A stretch of 64,000 nt of DNA, taken from the NCBI RefSeq assembly GCF_036321535.1, contig NC_087436.1:39744001-39808000 (forward strand). The letters run 5' to 3'. Of the stretch, positions 38,850 through 52,831 are shown piece after piece (the first letter of the stretch is position 1; each line of letters opens with the position of its first letter). This DNA comes from Camelus dromedarius (lineage: Eukaryota). The notes below the pieces were generated by a model. That model did not search any database. It saw only the letters and a program-made list of their open reading frames with translations, and had not been told where the DNA came from. A program made the translations under genes and the position numbers.

Positions 38850-40215
38850 CATTGGGGTAGATTAACTAAAGTACCAGGAATGGAGGCAATATCATCTGAT
38901 CAATACTACCACTGCTGGGTGCTCAGACTGACAAGAGTAGAAGCCAATACCTTCTGGCAGAACCAGCCAGCTACATTTTGGAAGGTTGATTACATTGAAT
39001 ACTTCCCATCATGTAGGGTATGGTGTTTTGTCCTTCCAGGAATAAACACATTTTCTTTTTTTTTTTTTTTTTTTTAAATTTTTAAAAAAATTTAGTGGCT
39101 TTTTTTTTTTTTTTTTGGTAATAGAGGTACTGGAGATTGAACCCAGGACTGTACTTGCTAAGCATGCACTCTACCACTGAGCTATGCCCACGCCCTCCAC
39201 ATTTTCTTGACATGGATTTGTCTTTTCTTCCTCCAGTGCTTCTGTGTTCCTGTCACACAGAAACAGTTGGCATGGGAGAGTAACAATAAACTGCTAAGAT
39301 TCAGTTCTGGAGGAAGCTGAGATGCAAGTGTTCTGAGAGGTTGGGGACCTGTTGTATAGCATGTGGTATATGTCTTAAACAAACAGCTAGTACATGGTGC
39401 CACCTCCATATATACAGAGAGTGTATACAGGTATGTCAAACAAAGTAAAGAGGTGCAAGTAGCCATATCTCACCATGATAACTTATAATCTGCTAGAATT
39501 TTTGCTTCCTTTTTCCATGACCTTGAGTTCTGGATTTGGACATCCTACTCCTCAAGCTAGAACTTCTTCCACTAGAAAAAACAGTCATGGTTCCAACAAA
39601 TTAGATGAGGCTTCCTCCTGGACATTTGAGACTCCTTATGCCAATAGGAGTCCAACTTTCAGGGTGATTAATCCTAATAACTAGATGCAAATTGGTTTAT
39701 TGCTAAACAGTGGGTGAAAGACAATTTTTAGCATCCACGGGATTCACTGAAATGTCTCTTATTATTCTTTTGCCCCAGAGTTGCAGTCACTGTAAAATAG
39801 TGGTAACCATAAAAGATAACATTACCAAAGACACATATCCTGCAGAGGTAAAGATTTGGGTCACCCTACTAGGGAAAGAATCTCATGCAGCCAAAGTGCT
39901 GGTGAAAGTAAGAGGAATCGCAGATAAGTGTTGGGAAAAAGAGTTCGTGTTACCAAGTTTGTTGTCATGAAAGTGATAGAATTGTGGGCCGTAACACCTA
40001 TGTGTTTGGCTACTTAATTATTTATTTTATGCTTGCTTTACTCATTACCTTATATGAAGAATATCAGTTGTATCTAATGTTCTAGGATTCACATGGAGTT
40101 ATAACCAAGTTAATAACACTCTGCAGTTATACATTAACTGGTAGGACTTTGTGAATTTCTTGTGTTAATGTTTTTCACCAGCAAAGGATTGGAGTGGATG
40201 TTAAGGAGGAAAGAG
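38850..40215 (+). mobile_element. ERV-L internal remnant (integrase and dUTPase-like 3' pol)
   Basis: QPATFWKVDYIEYFPSCRVWCFVLPGINTFS resembles QPATWWQVDYIGPLPSWKGQRFVLTGIDTYS; also RLPPGHLRLLMP, VINPNN and KIWVTLLGKESHAAKVL. Confidence 0.88.
39058..39197 (-). mobile_element. tRNA-Ala-derived SINE (Vic-1-like)
   Basis: tRNA head at about 39125-39190; TSD CACATTTTCTT at 39047-39057 and 39198-39208. Confidence 0.92.
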
Positions 40216-40216
40216 T

Positions 40217-40510
40217 TGTACTGAATATCTTCTGTTTCCTCCTCCAAATCTGCTCCCTGTCCTTCTTTCTCTCCAGCAGGGCTGACCTGTACGGACGTGA
40301 ATAGACTTCAATGTTCTCATCATTATACATGTTTTCTCCTTTCAGATTGCTTTATTTCATTAACCTCTCTTCTCAGTTCTTTCGACTTGTGGTGGTAAGC
40401 TTTGTGTTACTGGTCTGCCTTTCTTGGTCCCCTTGTACAAACACATTTGTAAACAATGTCTTTATAATGAACTCTCCTTAAGTTATTGTATTTCAAGTAT
40501 ATTGGCAATT
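40217..40510 (+). mobile_element. LTR40-like ERVL LTR (3' LTR of the preceding remnant)
   Basis: TGTACTGAATATCTTCTGTTTCCTCCTCCAAATC...GGCTGACCTGTACGGAC, directly after a purine tract. Confidence 0.65.
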
Positions 40511-40529
40511 TCTTGTGGGGACACTAATA

Positions 40530-41270
40530 AAGATGGTGAGTGGTTTTGGATGTGTTGAATCTGAAGGTTCTGGAGATTTATATTGATGAAATTTTCAAAG
40601 AGATGGAAAAGGTCTAGACTGGTGACACACATTTGGAAAATCATTAGCAGATAAATAGAAGAGGAGATCACCCACGTGGAGCACCAGGCTGATGGTAGAC
40701 TCCTGGGACACAGACACTGAGGTGGCAGGCATAGGATGGGGAATCTCACAAAGGAGGGGAAGATGGCACAGGCATCAAATTAATAAAAGAAGCAGGAATA
40801 TACAGCATAGTGGGAATAAATTGAGCAGGGGAAGTTTCTAAAAGGAGAATGTCATCAGTGTCAAGATGCAGCTTCTACTTCTCCTAGTAAGATGCTAATT
40901 AAAAAAGTGTGATTGTATGTGATGACTACAAAGTCAAAATTATGGAGGAAATTGAAAAGTCACTAAAGATCCAGGAATGCTGTAGGGGAGAAATATACCG
41001 AAGTGAGTTGAGAAATGGGTTGGAAAAAAAGTAGAGCCACTTTTAAAAAAGATACTTGTAAAGGAAGGAAGAAGAGTAACCAGACACAGTAAGATGGCAT
41101 AAAGTCTTGGAAGAGATGATGCTTTTGGGGATAAGGAGCACATCAGTATGTTTTTGGCCTTGAGAATACAATAGAAAGGGAGAGAATCAAGTTACGTGAG
41201 AGAGCTCAGGGCAAAGGAAGTGATGGTCCAGAATATGGTAAGAGAAAGCCAAGGGAGCATGAAGAAAAGT
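40530..41270 (-). mobile_element. L2 fragment
   Basis: GTTTTGGATGTGTTGAATCTGAAG and purine-rich antisense L2 pattern. Confidence 0.6.
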
Positions 41271-41289
41271 TGAATTATTATTTTAACAA

Positions 41290-41770
41290 ATTTGCAACAG
41301 ATACAATAAGATCTTTTTAACTTCTATGAAACCTATGTACAGTGAAAGTATTATGCTTAATGTTGATGACTCTGAAAGCACGTCTATATTAATTAGATCA
41401 ACAAACTTAAACTAACCTTAATACCAGATATTAACTTAATATTGAATATTTTTCAGTTCATGTGAACCTGAAAGTCATTTTGGCCAGGTTTTACTTTAGA
41501 AATGTTTAATTCATAAATGCTTACTTCTAAGTCAATTAAATAGAGCTCTTTTATAAATTTAATTTTGATAATATTTTTTAGAAGTAGAGACATCTCATAT
41601 CTATAACATGTAAACAGACAAAACTAGAGATCTCATAGCTCCAATTCAAAGCTTAGTTCTGAATGAGGTATTACAATATCCATTTACTGGTTTATGAATG
41701 ACAGTTGGAAAAAATTGAATCAGCTTTTTCAAATCACTAAGGCTTACTATTTATGGAAAAGACTTTTAAG
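41290..41770 (-). mobile_element. MER4-group ERV1 internal fragment
   Basis: AAGTCAATTAAATAGAGCTCTTTT and ATGTGAACCTGAAA motifs recalled from such internal sequences. Confidence 0.45.
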
Positions 41771-42169
41771 ATTTGAACTTGATTAGAAGGAGAAACTCCT
41801 CTGCTTCTGGACCTTTAAGTCAGGCACAGATTTGGATGTAGATTGATTTCTAGGTAGAATGGCAGAGCACTGAAAGTTCACTTTATGGTTTTGATTTTCT
41901 TACTAAGTTTCCGTTGTGAGTAAAAAGTGGGCTGGAAAGAAAACAAAGTAAGAAACAGATATGGGAGGACATGGGAGGTAGCACTGACCACAGACAAATA
42001 AAAGGATGGGTAGCACTGAGGGCCCAGGTGGTGTTAGAAGACATGAATTTATGGAGGCCATTATCTATATATTTGTGTTTTCTCTAGCAAACCTCATATT
42101 TCCTCATTATAAGAGAAAAAAGGCAATAGGTAACACTGATCCAGCTGCAAAGTATTAGGAAAGAGTAAT

Positions 42170-42315
42170 ACTCTTTTTTTCCTTCCTCTCTTTCTCCTTT
42201 TTTTCCCTCCTTACCCATTTCCTTTATTCCCTTTCCAGCTTTTCTTGCCACTTTTATACCCTCCTTCCCTTTTTCATTCCTTTCTTCCCTCTTTTGTTCT
42301 TTTCTTTTTTCCTCT
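42170..42315. repeat. CT-rich low-complexity tract
   Basis: Degenerate (CCTT/TTTC)n. Confidence 0.8.
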
Positions 42316-42825
42316 AACATTGATGGTGCACTTTTGTGTATTGATATTGTGAAAGCTGTAGAAGATGCATTTTACAATGTATTTGTAGTGAAAAGTTCCA
42401 AGAAGTTGGCAGTGTCAACAGATTAATAATGGTTATTAATCTTTGCACAGTACCAAGTGGGAAGGTAAGAGTGTTTGCTTGCACATTTTGAGCTTTTGTT
42501 AGTTTTGTCCTTTTGGGAGTACAGGGAGTCAGGTGTGGATTATTCTGAAGATTTTATCTTTAATATGTTTTGGTAAGCCTTCCAAACCCAACAGCACTTC
42601 TAGTTCTCCACTCTGGGACACTTGACAACTTATGAAACCCCAGGACACTGATACCGCTAGAACTACTGGGAGCCAGTGCTCTTTCTTCTGGTTTATCACA
42701 TCGCCACCTTCCTCAACCAACACTGCCCTACTGACACGTTGATAACGTACATGTAAACGCTGGTCTCCTCCTTGAGGTCTGTGGCCTCTCGTAGGCTTGC
42801 TTTCCCCAATGTTCTTGATTACATT

Positions 42826-43171
42826 TGTGAACAAAAATAATAAGAATAAACAGAAACTTCAATTAAATAGAGTTGAGAGCAGAAAGGGAAACTCTCAGGC
42901 CCTGCAGTGATAGCAGAGCCCAACAGGAAAAAAAAAAGATTCCTCTTTTTTCCTGTCAACGACTCATCCAATGAAAATTCATGGACTCTTTGTTTACTGT
43001 AGCCCACCCAACTTTTTCTTCCTCTATGAACGTATTCTCCTTTAGTTGCTGTGTGGGAACTTGCACACGGCTCATCGGGGCTGCAGACCCCAAATGGCAA
43101 TTCCCTGCTGATCCCGAATAAAGTCATCTTTGCTGGAGAAATATCTAGCATCTATTTGTTTCAGGTTAAAA
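42826..43171 (+). mobile_element. Solo ERV1-type LTR (same family as 4860-5199)
   Basis: Shares CTGCTGATCCC(G/A)AATAAA...TCTTTGCTGGAGAAATATCT; 4-bp TSD CATT at 42822-42825 and 43172-43175. Confidence 0.85.
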
Positions 43172-46100
43172 CATTTATATATACTTGGAAATGTGTTTCG
43201 AATTGATCACTCTCCTCCCCTAGTCAAGGGACAACAGAAAACTTGGCATCCTATCTTCTCACTCAACCTAGTCCTGGATACCTTGGTGTAATTAAGGAAA
43301 AGAAGAAAAGAAAACAAAACAAATAAACAGAAATTCCATCTGAACAGATAGAAAAATACTTTTTATTAGAATACATCATGAGGAAACTCTATTAAGGTTT
43401 GTAGCCAGAGAACTAGAACTTGGAGAGAGGGAGGGGGTGAGAAAGAAGACAGGAAGACAAATTTGATTCATGTACATGTCATCCAATTCTTTTAAGTATG
43501 GAATTGAGGATGAAAACAATAGGAAAGAAACCTCCTTTCTAAAAACTTTGGGGTTACACGTGTTTTTCACGACTTGGCTCAGAGATCAATGGTGGCAGAC
43601 ACAGAGAGATGAGGTTACATATTCTTGACCTTCAGATTTTCCTCTTCCAGCCCATTTAGAATGTATCTTGTGACTCTACCAAATTTTTTTCCTATTGTAA
43701 AGTTGAAAATGAAATGATCATTAGTGAAACATTTCATCTACCTTTCACAAAGTTAAATTGTTGAAAAAGTAATTTCTGGTACAATAATCTAAGGGTAAGG
43801 ATGACTTTCAGTGATTTGAAAGTATAGATGACCAAATCCTTTAATTGTTAAAAAATCAAACTGGTATAGGAAGTTGCAAAATTGACCCTCTTCATGGCCC
43901 AAATTTTATGGCTAATTCCTCGGTTCTGTTTCTCACTGATTTGGTTACCTGGCAAATGAACAATGTTTCAAGGAAAAAGGATCAGGTAATTGTCCCTTAC
44001 TGTACCTGTTTTTGGCCATGGTCTCCCACCCCTTGAGTTAAATGATTTCAAAGACATCTTTAAACTAAAGAAGAGACTATCCCTGGGGGCTGGACAGTGG
44101 CAGCATCCTTTTATCTGAGAGAAAATAGCACTTACATTGTCAGAATCCTTTCTTTTTCCTCCTCTCCCTCTCGTTAACTGAAATGTTTAGATAGTTAAAG
44201 CCAAGAACTGAGTGTGTTTTTCCAGTGAAATGACAGATCTCCATAATCTGTATTTTGTTTTTGTTTCCACTTGACCAAAGTGAGAGCCATTACGGAGGTG
44301 GACAAGGCAACAATTAGGGAGTGTTATTATTAAAAAATACTTGAAAAATTATCATTTTCCTCATTGTTTTACTGTAACTGCATTTTCTTTGTCAAAGTAG
44401 AATATGTATTTAAATTGTGTTGGCAGATACATACTGAGCCTTGTTTATGGGTTTATGCTGCTTTAGAGAAGGCTGGCTGGGGAAAAAATCTAAAGCACAA
44501 ACAACAGGAATCTGTTCATAATCCTATTCCTATTGGGCATTTTAAAAAATATTAAAAAATTTTTTTTAAGGAAATAGCTGCAAAGCCACATAAATCAATA
44601 GTAGCAAATAGAAGAGGAACTGTTTGGATGTGCTGCCAGCACAGAGTGTTCAGGCAGTAAATGTGATGTAATTGATTCATGCAGCCCTTGCTGCTTTCTA
44701 GCATCTTTATGTATATTTATACATTTACATGTGAATAACAATCAAGCAAACTAGTGACACTGGCAAGTTCCTCACTTTATTTTCGTGTGTTGGTTTCTGT
44801 CCCATGCCCTCATTTTTTGGTTTGTGTCTGTGTATTAGATACTATATAAGCTGCCACAGCTGTTTGTCAATTCTCTCTAACAACCTTTTCTTTCTGTGAG
44901 AAGGCAAGATCGTTCTGGATACTTGATTCCTTGCAGATGCCCAGAATTCCATCCCAGGCCCCCTGTCTCGGTGATGAATGATTTTTGTTTCAATTTGTTA
45001 AAATATAGCTTTGGGAGGTGACTGGTTTCAGGAAAGACATCTCAGGGAATCACTCAATGTTTGGATATTCTACTTTCAGTAACTTTACAAATGCAAAACA
45101 TAAACAATTAGTGACATCACATAATTTCAAAATTCTCTTCGTGAAGATATTCAGGAATAGTATAAAACATCAAGAGATTTTCTAATATTTATCAAACATT
45201 GTTACTCTCTTGACTGGGAGGGTAAGGGAGTTTTTGGACGATGATCTTACGTGGAATGTAGTTTCTTCAGATATATTGTTTTAATTGAGAAGACCTGGAA
45301 GGTCAGGCTATATTCATTTTGAAAATCCCCAGCACATAGTTGATACAGACTTATGTTTGGACCATAAGGGTTAAACGTGGCAGAGTGCTTACTTTTGCAT
45401 CCACTCACTCCTGAAACCACACTAAAATGACACTAAAGGAATTCTGGGCTTAAAGCTATGAAAGAAAACTAGAACAGAAGAGGAGAAACAGCAATCAAAC
45501 TTTTGAATGTTAAAAGCAGGTGGACAAGTGGTAAATAACTTTGCTGAGCAAAAAGCAAAAAAATGGAAACTGAAGTTGGCTGTGGGAAAAGTTTAGAAAT
45601 AGCTGTTTCCCACTAAGCAGTGCCAGGAAGTTTCAAGAATTGGAAACAGTGAGAACCTCTGAAAAAGGAGATGGCAGAGGGTGCTGAAATCCAGAGGTCT
45701 GTTTGGAAATCTACATAAAAAGCAGTTTGACCTTGTATATCGTAGTAGTCACCCGGAAAAAAACGGGTCAATGCATGTACCCTATGCCTGCAGGGGACTC
45801 TGGAGAGAAATAACCTGCGGGACAATGAATTCAGGGACACAAGTCACATGTTCCTAAGTAGAGGCAAGGGGAGTGGGGACTGTTGCCCCTCACTGGCTGG
45901 AAAGGAGAGCGCCACTGTGGAAAGTGGGTAGGAATCATGGCTTAGGCTCCATCTCTGCCTCATTAAGGTGAACACTAACCAGGAGGAACTTGATGAATAA
46001 GACTAACCTACTTGGTATAGGAATAATTTTACTTTTTGGTTTCATTCTGTTCAGTGGAAACTCCCAAAGCAAATTATTTTACTTTGGACATTTTATCTGG

Positions 46101-46344
46101 CGACCCTCAGAAACCTCAATAAATATATGAATTTTCAAATGGATCCCAAAATATGAGGGGTTATTATCTTAGTTTTAGAAAGTCACTGGACCTTGGCCAC
46201 TAAAACCCTGCCTGTAACTCTAAGACCATCTTTGTGGGAGAAACTTTAGAAACCTTTAGGCTTTGGTGTGATGTAGATGCGTTCAAGCAGTTAGTCCTCC
46301 TTGTAACTTTGTCTTCAGCTTCACTCCTTTACCCCTGGAGCAGA

Positions 46345-46829
46345 CACTGTTTGGTGTGACCTCATCCCCTCATCCCCCGTAACTGTGGTGGCAGCTGTGG
46401 TGGGATGCTCCTGTCACGCTGACGACTTTCCACCTCCTTCCTGTGCCTCTCAGCCTTTCTGAAGGCTTGTGCCGCTCAGCCCCCAGCAGAGCAGCCTGCA
46501 AGTGCGGGGAGTTCTTGCCCCTTGGGCAACCGTAACCAAAGAGGATTATTATTGGCAAATACATGTCTCAATCTCCCCACCACCAGAGGAACAAGACAGA
46601 GGTGTGGTCTCCACAGTTCCTCATAGGATTTCAGCTGGGGACTGAATCTCAGTTGCCGGAAGGAAACGGTAATCAGCTCAGCAGTGCACCTTTAATTGGC
46701 TTTCTTCCTTTCCCTGTGTCACTTTTCAGGGGTCCTCACCTCTGCTTCCTGAGATCCCCTCCCATAGCAGCTCCCTGCACTGAGGTCCTTGTCTCAGGCT
46801 CTGCATTTGGGGAAAACCAAACTTAGATG
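46345..46829 (+). mobile_element. LTR16C-like solo LTR
   Basis: ATTGGCTTTCTTCCTTTCCCTGTGTCAC...CCTTGTCTCAGGCTCTGCATTTGGGGAAAACCAAACTTAGA. Confidence 0.8.
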
Positions 46830-47619
46830 ACTCCCATATATGTATTTAGTGACCTCATGAAGACACTATCTGTCACCCTTCTTCCATTCCCTGTATAGAA
46901 GGGGGAACCACGTGCTTAGAATTTTGCAAACGTATGTGTTTAGATCTTCATTTGACTTGCCTTAGGACTGGTAGTATGAATGATATGATTATTACCATTT
47001 GTGAAAGATAAAACTTTTCTTGTTTTTGACTCAATTCATAGTAATACAAGAATTGCAGTAGCTAGCACTTCATATTAATTTAAATACTGTTATTAAAATA
47101 AATTGTAATTTGAGCCTATAGTAGTAAAGAGAATACTTAGAGATACAGCCACTCCCATGGAGAGGCCTGCAGGACCGGCAGGTTCTGGAATGAAAGGCCC
47201 ACCTTCTCTGTCTTCAGGAATGATGGCAGTTTGGATTGGGAGTTATTGCTGATGTTTGCAGAGTGTCAGCCTAAAGAACCAGAGGAATTAAAAAGGGGTC
47301 TGTACCAGACATAAATTTCACAGCACTTTTTCCTTTTCTGTGTCTTATCTTGACCTTGGAGTCTGGAACACCGTTCATTTTTTTCTTTAATGTACAGATT
47401 GGCAGACCCTTAACCAGGAAATATTTCAAATTTATGGCTCTATATTTTCTGAATCTGATCTTTTCCTGCTGAGGAGAGACAATTTATCATCCCCACCAGC
47501 TTCCCATTGCTCTGCTCTCTTCACGCACAGAGACGAGTACAGGAACCCAAGACAGGGAGGTTAAAGGGGAGAGATCTTTTATCAATGACATTTGTGTAAT
47601 TAGAGCTTTATATGTGTAA

Positions 47620-50390
47620 TTAAAAGATTCTTCTAATTATTTGTGGCATAGGTAATACAAACAGTATAAAATACTTCTTTCAAGGGCAACCAGTAATACC
47701 AGTTGTTTTATGTGTACTCAAATGTATTATGTGCGCATATATGTTTATGGACATATATGTCATTATACATGTATCAAATATATAACCATATCTCATAATT
47801 TACATATGAAAGATTATATTAATATATAATCAGTAGGAATGTGCCTGTTTATACCTTTTTTTTACTTAGAGTATCTTAGAGATTTTTTTCACACTAAAAA
47901 TATTTAATAAATCAATATTTTAATATCTGCAAAGTATCAATTTTAGGAATATGTCATCAATTATTCAGTCAACCTCCAGGATAGGGGTTTAGTGTAGATC
48001 TTGGCATTCTTTGTCAATCTTAGCTCATACAAACAATGTTGCAATCAATATCCTTCTATGTGCCCGTTTTTCTCATACGTCCCCAAGTCAGTAGGAGAGA
48101 TTTCTAGTACAGATGCTGAAATAAAAGGTCTGAGAATTTATAATTTTGGTTAAGATTGTGAAATTGCTACTAGATGAAAATATAGTTAGATGAAACTATG
48201 GATGTTGGATAAAAACATATGGTTCATTGGCTCAACAGTTTACTTTGGTTTCTCTTATTAAGTAAGTTGAATGCTCTCTTGTAAGCTGAGAGCCATTTGT
48301 GTTTCTTTTCTTGTGAACTGCCTTATTATTTACCTTGTTCATCTTTTTCTATTGGGTTATTATTTTATTGATTTGTAGAATTCTTGTAAGAATATTAGTC
48401 CTTTGTAAGTGCGTAATGTAAGTTGTAATTTTTTCCTGTTTTTTATTTGTCTTTTGATTTTTATGATTTTTTTATATGCAGAAAATTTAAATTTTTGTGC
48501 AGTTAAATGTATCTTTTTTGCAGTTTCTGAGTTTTGCAGTGCACTCAGAAAAACGAGATTATTAATTTATTTACTTAATTTTTTTTAGTACTTTTAGAGT
48601 ATTTTTGTTTAATTCTTTGATTTGTTTGAAATTTATGTTGAGTAAGACATGAGTTAGGAATATATCTTAATTTTTTGTGTGCTAAGTTATCTGAAAACTA
48701 TTTGTTAAATAATCCATTTTCCCCGTTAAAAATGTTATTTTTGTCAGAATACATTCCTGTATGTATTAGATCTAATTCTGTATTTTGTCATGTCTGTTCT
48801 ATTGGCCTATTTTCCAGTCATGCATAAATATCACATATTCTTAATTACCGTAGTTTAATAAAATATTTTACTATCTGGACAGCTGGTCTCCTATCTTCCC
48901 TTATTTTTAACATTATCCTTGCTTGTTGATTTTGCATATGTATTGTAGAACCACCTGGTTTAATTTTTTTTAAATGGTATTTTTGAGGGGTCATATTAAG
49001 ATTTTGATTAATTCGTATAATTGATATCCTTATGTTATAAAGGGCGGCAATTTAAGAACACAGTATATTCTTTCATGTTTTCTATTTTCTGTGTCCCTCA
49101 GTAATATTATTAAGTTATTATTTTATTCAGATTTCACATAATCCTTCAGTTTACTTTAGAGATTTTCATTTTGTTCATATTATGACTGACATTTTCTTCC
49201 ATTAAATTCTTAATTAGTTGTTTGCCTCCATGAGGACTATTGATTTCTGGACATTAATTTCTTACTCATACTTAATAATTTCTCTTAAAATTTATAAAAG
49301 TTCTTCAGTTGATTTTATTGGCCTTTCCAAGCAAATAATCATATTATCAACAAATAATGGTACTTTTATTTCCTCTTGTCCAGTTTTGTGTCTCATGTGT
49401 TCTTTCCCTAAATTTGTGGCTAGTACCTGTAGTTAAAAAATAGAAATGAAAAAGGGTATCCATCTATTTTTCAGTTTGTTTTGGTTTTTATTTTTTGCAT
49501 TAATGAGAGTTCATTTTACTTTTTTCCTTCAAATCTTCTGTTATTCCTTTTTGGTGAATACTTCAGAAATAACTTTAAAAAAAATGAATAGACTATTTTT
49601 TAGAGCCGTTTTATGTTTACAGAAAAATTTGATGAAAAGTTCTGAGCCATTATGATTTTACTGTTTTTCCAAATTGTCTGTTTTTCTTCATGATGTTTCT
49701 AATTTTGTCCTCATTTCTGTATTATTATTATGTGTATTCTTCTCATCTTCCTGAGCTCTGACATGTCACAATTCCATCTCCTGTTGTTGTCCTGTATCTT
49801 CCCTGAGATGCATACCCCTTACCTTCCTGAGGCCATCATGTCATAAATTTGTCTGAAGTTATGACTCTGCCATGGGCCACAATTTTCATTGGTAACATGA
49901 TAACATTTTGAAGGTAATGTATTTTTGTTTGGATTTTCTCCCTGTTTCTTTTTTTCTCTAGTCTTTTAATCTTCATATAAGACCAACTGTAGTTTTTAAA
50001 AAATTAATACTCTTTTTTGAATGAGATAAATTCTTTATGTACCAGCTATTTGCAAAATGTCCATGTGGAGTTGAGGCCAAGAGTGTACTCCCTCCAGTGG
50101 GAATTCTCCCATCGTGTGCTATGTTTGTAAGTGAATTCTTTTCAGTTTTATTTCTCCACTGCTCACTGATACTGACACTTTACGCTCCTCCCCTGTCCAA
50201 CTGACAGATGCTTTCTGCAGATCTGGCTTGGCTGTGTGGATCCCTGTGCAGTGCCATCTTCTCAGCTTCTCAAAATTTTATGACAAGTCTAGGAAATCTC
50301 CCTCACCTCCCTGTGTCTCTGTTCTTGTTCCAAACAAGACATTGTTGATCTTACATATCAAGTGCTCCTCTTATTTAGAGAGTTGTGATC
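47620..50390 (-). mobile_element. Decayed ancient L1ME fragments
   Basis: Antisense L1 3' UTR and ORF2 landmarks (GCCATTTGTGTTTCTTTTCTTGTGAACTGCC; ATAATCATATTATCAACAAATAATG). Confidence 0.65.
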
Positions 50391-50405
50391 TGAGACATTC
50401 TCTCT

Positions 50406-51281
50406 CTCTATTTTTTTAATTGAAATATACTTGGTTTACAATGTTGTGTTAATTTCTGGTGTACAGCATAGTGATTCAATTATACATAGATACATATATA
50501 TATATATATATAAATACATGTATTTTTCATGTTCTTTTTCATTATAGGCTATTACAAGATGCTGAATATAGTTCCCTGTGCTATACAGTAGGACCTTATT
50601 GTTTTATCTGTTTTATATACAGTAGTTAGTATCTGAAAATCCCAAACTCCCAATTTATCCCTCCACACCCTCCTTTCCTTTCTGGTAACTATAGTTTGTT
50701 TTCTATGCCTGTGAGTCTTTTTCTCTTTTATAACTAAGTTTATTTGTGTCATTTTTTTTTTTTTTTTGGTTCCACATATAAGTGATATCACATGATATTT
50801 TTCTTTCTCTTTCTGGCTTACTTCACTTAGTATGACAATCTCCAGGCTGAGTAGTATAAATACACCACAGCTACTTTACCAATCATCGATGGACATTTAG
50901 GTTGTTTCTATGTCTTGACTATTGTAAATAGTGCTGCTAAGAACATTGGGGTGCATATACCTTTTCAAGTTAGAGTTTCCTCTTCATATATGCTGAGGAG
51001 TGGGATTGCTGCTGGATCATATGGTAGGTCTATTTTTAGTTTTTTTAAGGAACCTTCATACTGTCCTCCATAGTGGCTGCACCAATTTACATTCCCACCA
51101 ACAGTGTAGGAGGGTTCCCTTTTTTCCACATCCTCTTTAGGATTTATTGTTTGTGGACTTTTTAATGATGGCCATTCTGCCTGGTGTGAGGTGATACCTC
51201 ATTGTAGTTTTGATTTGCATTTCTCTGATAATTAGCAATATTGAGCATTTTTTCATGTGCTCGATTGGCCATTTGTATGAA
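50406..51281 (-). mobile_element. Young 5'-truncated L1 (ORF2 C-terminus and 3' UTR)
   Basis: [38 protein letters not shown] core ACATTCTC at 50395-50402 and 51282-51289. Confidence 0.92.
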
Positions 51282-51578
51282 ACATTCTCCCTTGAGTCAC
51301 CCTGTACATCCCAGTTGACTTCTGCATTTAAAAACATTTTCATCAAATTGCATAGTTCTGATTTGCAGAAATCTTCTAGTTTCATTGCAGATGGAATGTG
51401 CATTTCTGTTTCTTTTTTTTCTTTTTTCTTTTGGATGGTTTCTAAGGAGAAGTGGGATGAAATTATCTTTTTAATGATTATATTAAAATAAAAAACCTGG
51501 ACGACTACTGAAATTCAATTTTTAAAATCTACTAAGTCCAATTTGACTTGCTCTTTAGTTTTGAATCTTGGCTGGAAA

Positions 51579-52095
51579 TGTTACCAAGGCCAAACTCATT
51601 CTCTTCACGGTATGACAGGCCAATAAATCTGGAGACGAGGTATTGGGGCAAGGAATAAAGACTTTATTTGGAGAGATGGCAGACAGAGAAGATGGCAGAC
51701 TCATGTCCTGGAGAACCATCTTCCCCAAGTCAGAATTCAGGCTCCTTTTATACTAAAAGGGAAGGAGATATGCTTGATTGTTGCAAACTTCTTGGTGAAG
51801 GAATTCTTCATTCTTGGAATTCTTTATTCTTGCAGCTGTCCAGGTGGGTCAGTTCATGGTGTCCCTGTAAACGTCCAACAAAACAAACATTATTTTCTAT
51901 TCTGCAACTTGTTATCTTTATGTAAGTGGAAAAGTGTTAACATCCTTAAAGATTAGCACCTTGAGAATGGGCTATCCTATATACTTCAGGCTATAGGCAA
52001 CATTCTTTTACAAAAGGTGCAGAACCATTAAGACAGCCTAGGAGACAGAGCACAGGGTTAAAGGCAAAGGAACAGATCTAATATGGAATCAGAGA
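51579..52095 (-). mobile_element. Solo ERV1-type LTR
   Basis: TGTTACCAAGGCCAAACTCATTCT...; antisense polyA signal (about 51663) and TATA (TTTTATA); same family as 61288. Confidence 0.8.
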
Positions 52096-52831
52096 CAACT
52101 TTTCAGGACCGGGTATCTGTATACCTATGTAAATGTAAAGAAATGCTTTAGGTGAGAGGTGGCGGGACAGCTTTGAGGGGGAGTGCGAGGGGTGGGAGAA
52201 AGAAATATGATACAAGGAGAAGAAAATAAGGTGTTTATACTATGTTCTTTTTATTCTAGAATTAAGCTAGAACTTTGGCATGTGTGTGATTATTTGATGA
52301 CAATAGTTTTATAATTTTGTAATGTTATGTAACATTCAATATGAGGTTTATATAAACAAGAATAAAAACTAATGATCCTTCCTTTCAATTAAACAAAAAA
52401 ATCAGCAATAGTGACTATAAAAGTCACTATTTAAATATAATTTAAAATACAATTGCCAGTATCTTACAAGTTAAGTTCTTCAGACTGAGAACACATATTA
52501 TCAGGAAATATCCTGATGAAGTTATCTTGTTAATTTTATTTTGTTAGTTCCTTTGTTGTTCTCTCTAAATTAGTAAATTAGAATGTTTATTTCAAGAGTG
52601 AAATAAATTAAATGTGAGGCTTTTGTGGAGGTGTATCAATCTTTTCATTCAAAGTTGAATCTGAATGCTTCTTCCCTCAGTTCTAGACTGAAGATCTAGG
52701 CACATTTTGCTTTAATTTCTGCTCGCTTGATATAGCTGTTTAATCTTAAAGGTGTATAATCAACTTCTGGTGATTAAGACTTTTTCAAAGTTAAAAGGAA
52801 ATGTGTTCGATAGAAGTACTTATGAGGAAAT

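Noticed and set aside
38751..39970. Domesticated integrase or dUTPase gene
   Set aside because: In-frame stops, frameshifts and a SINE insertion; only short fragments are readable
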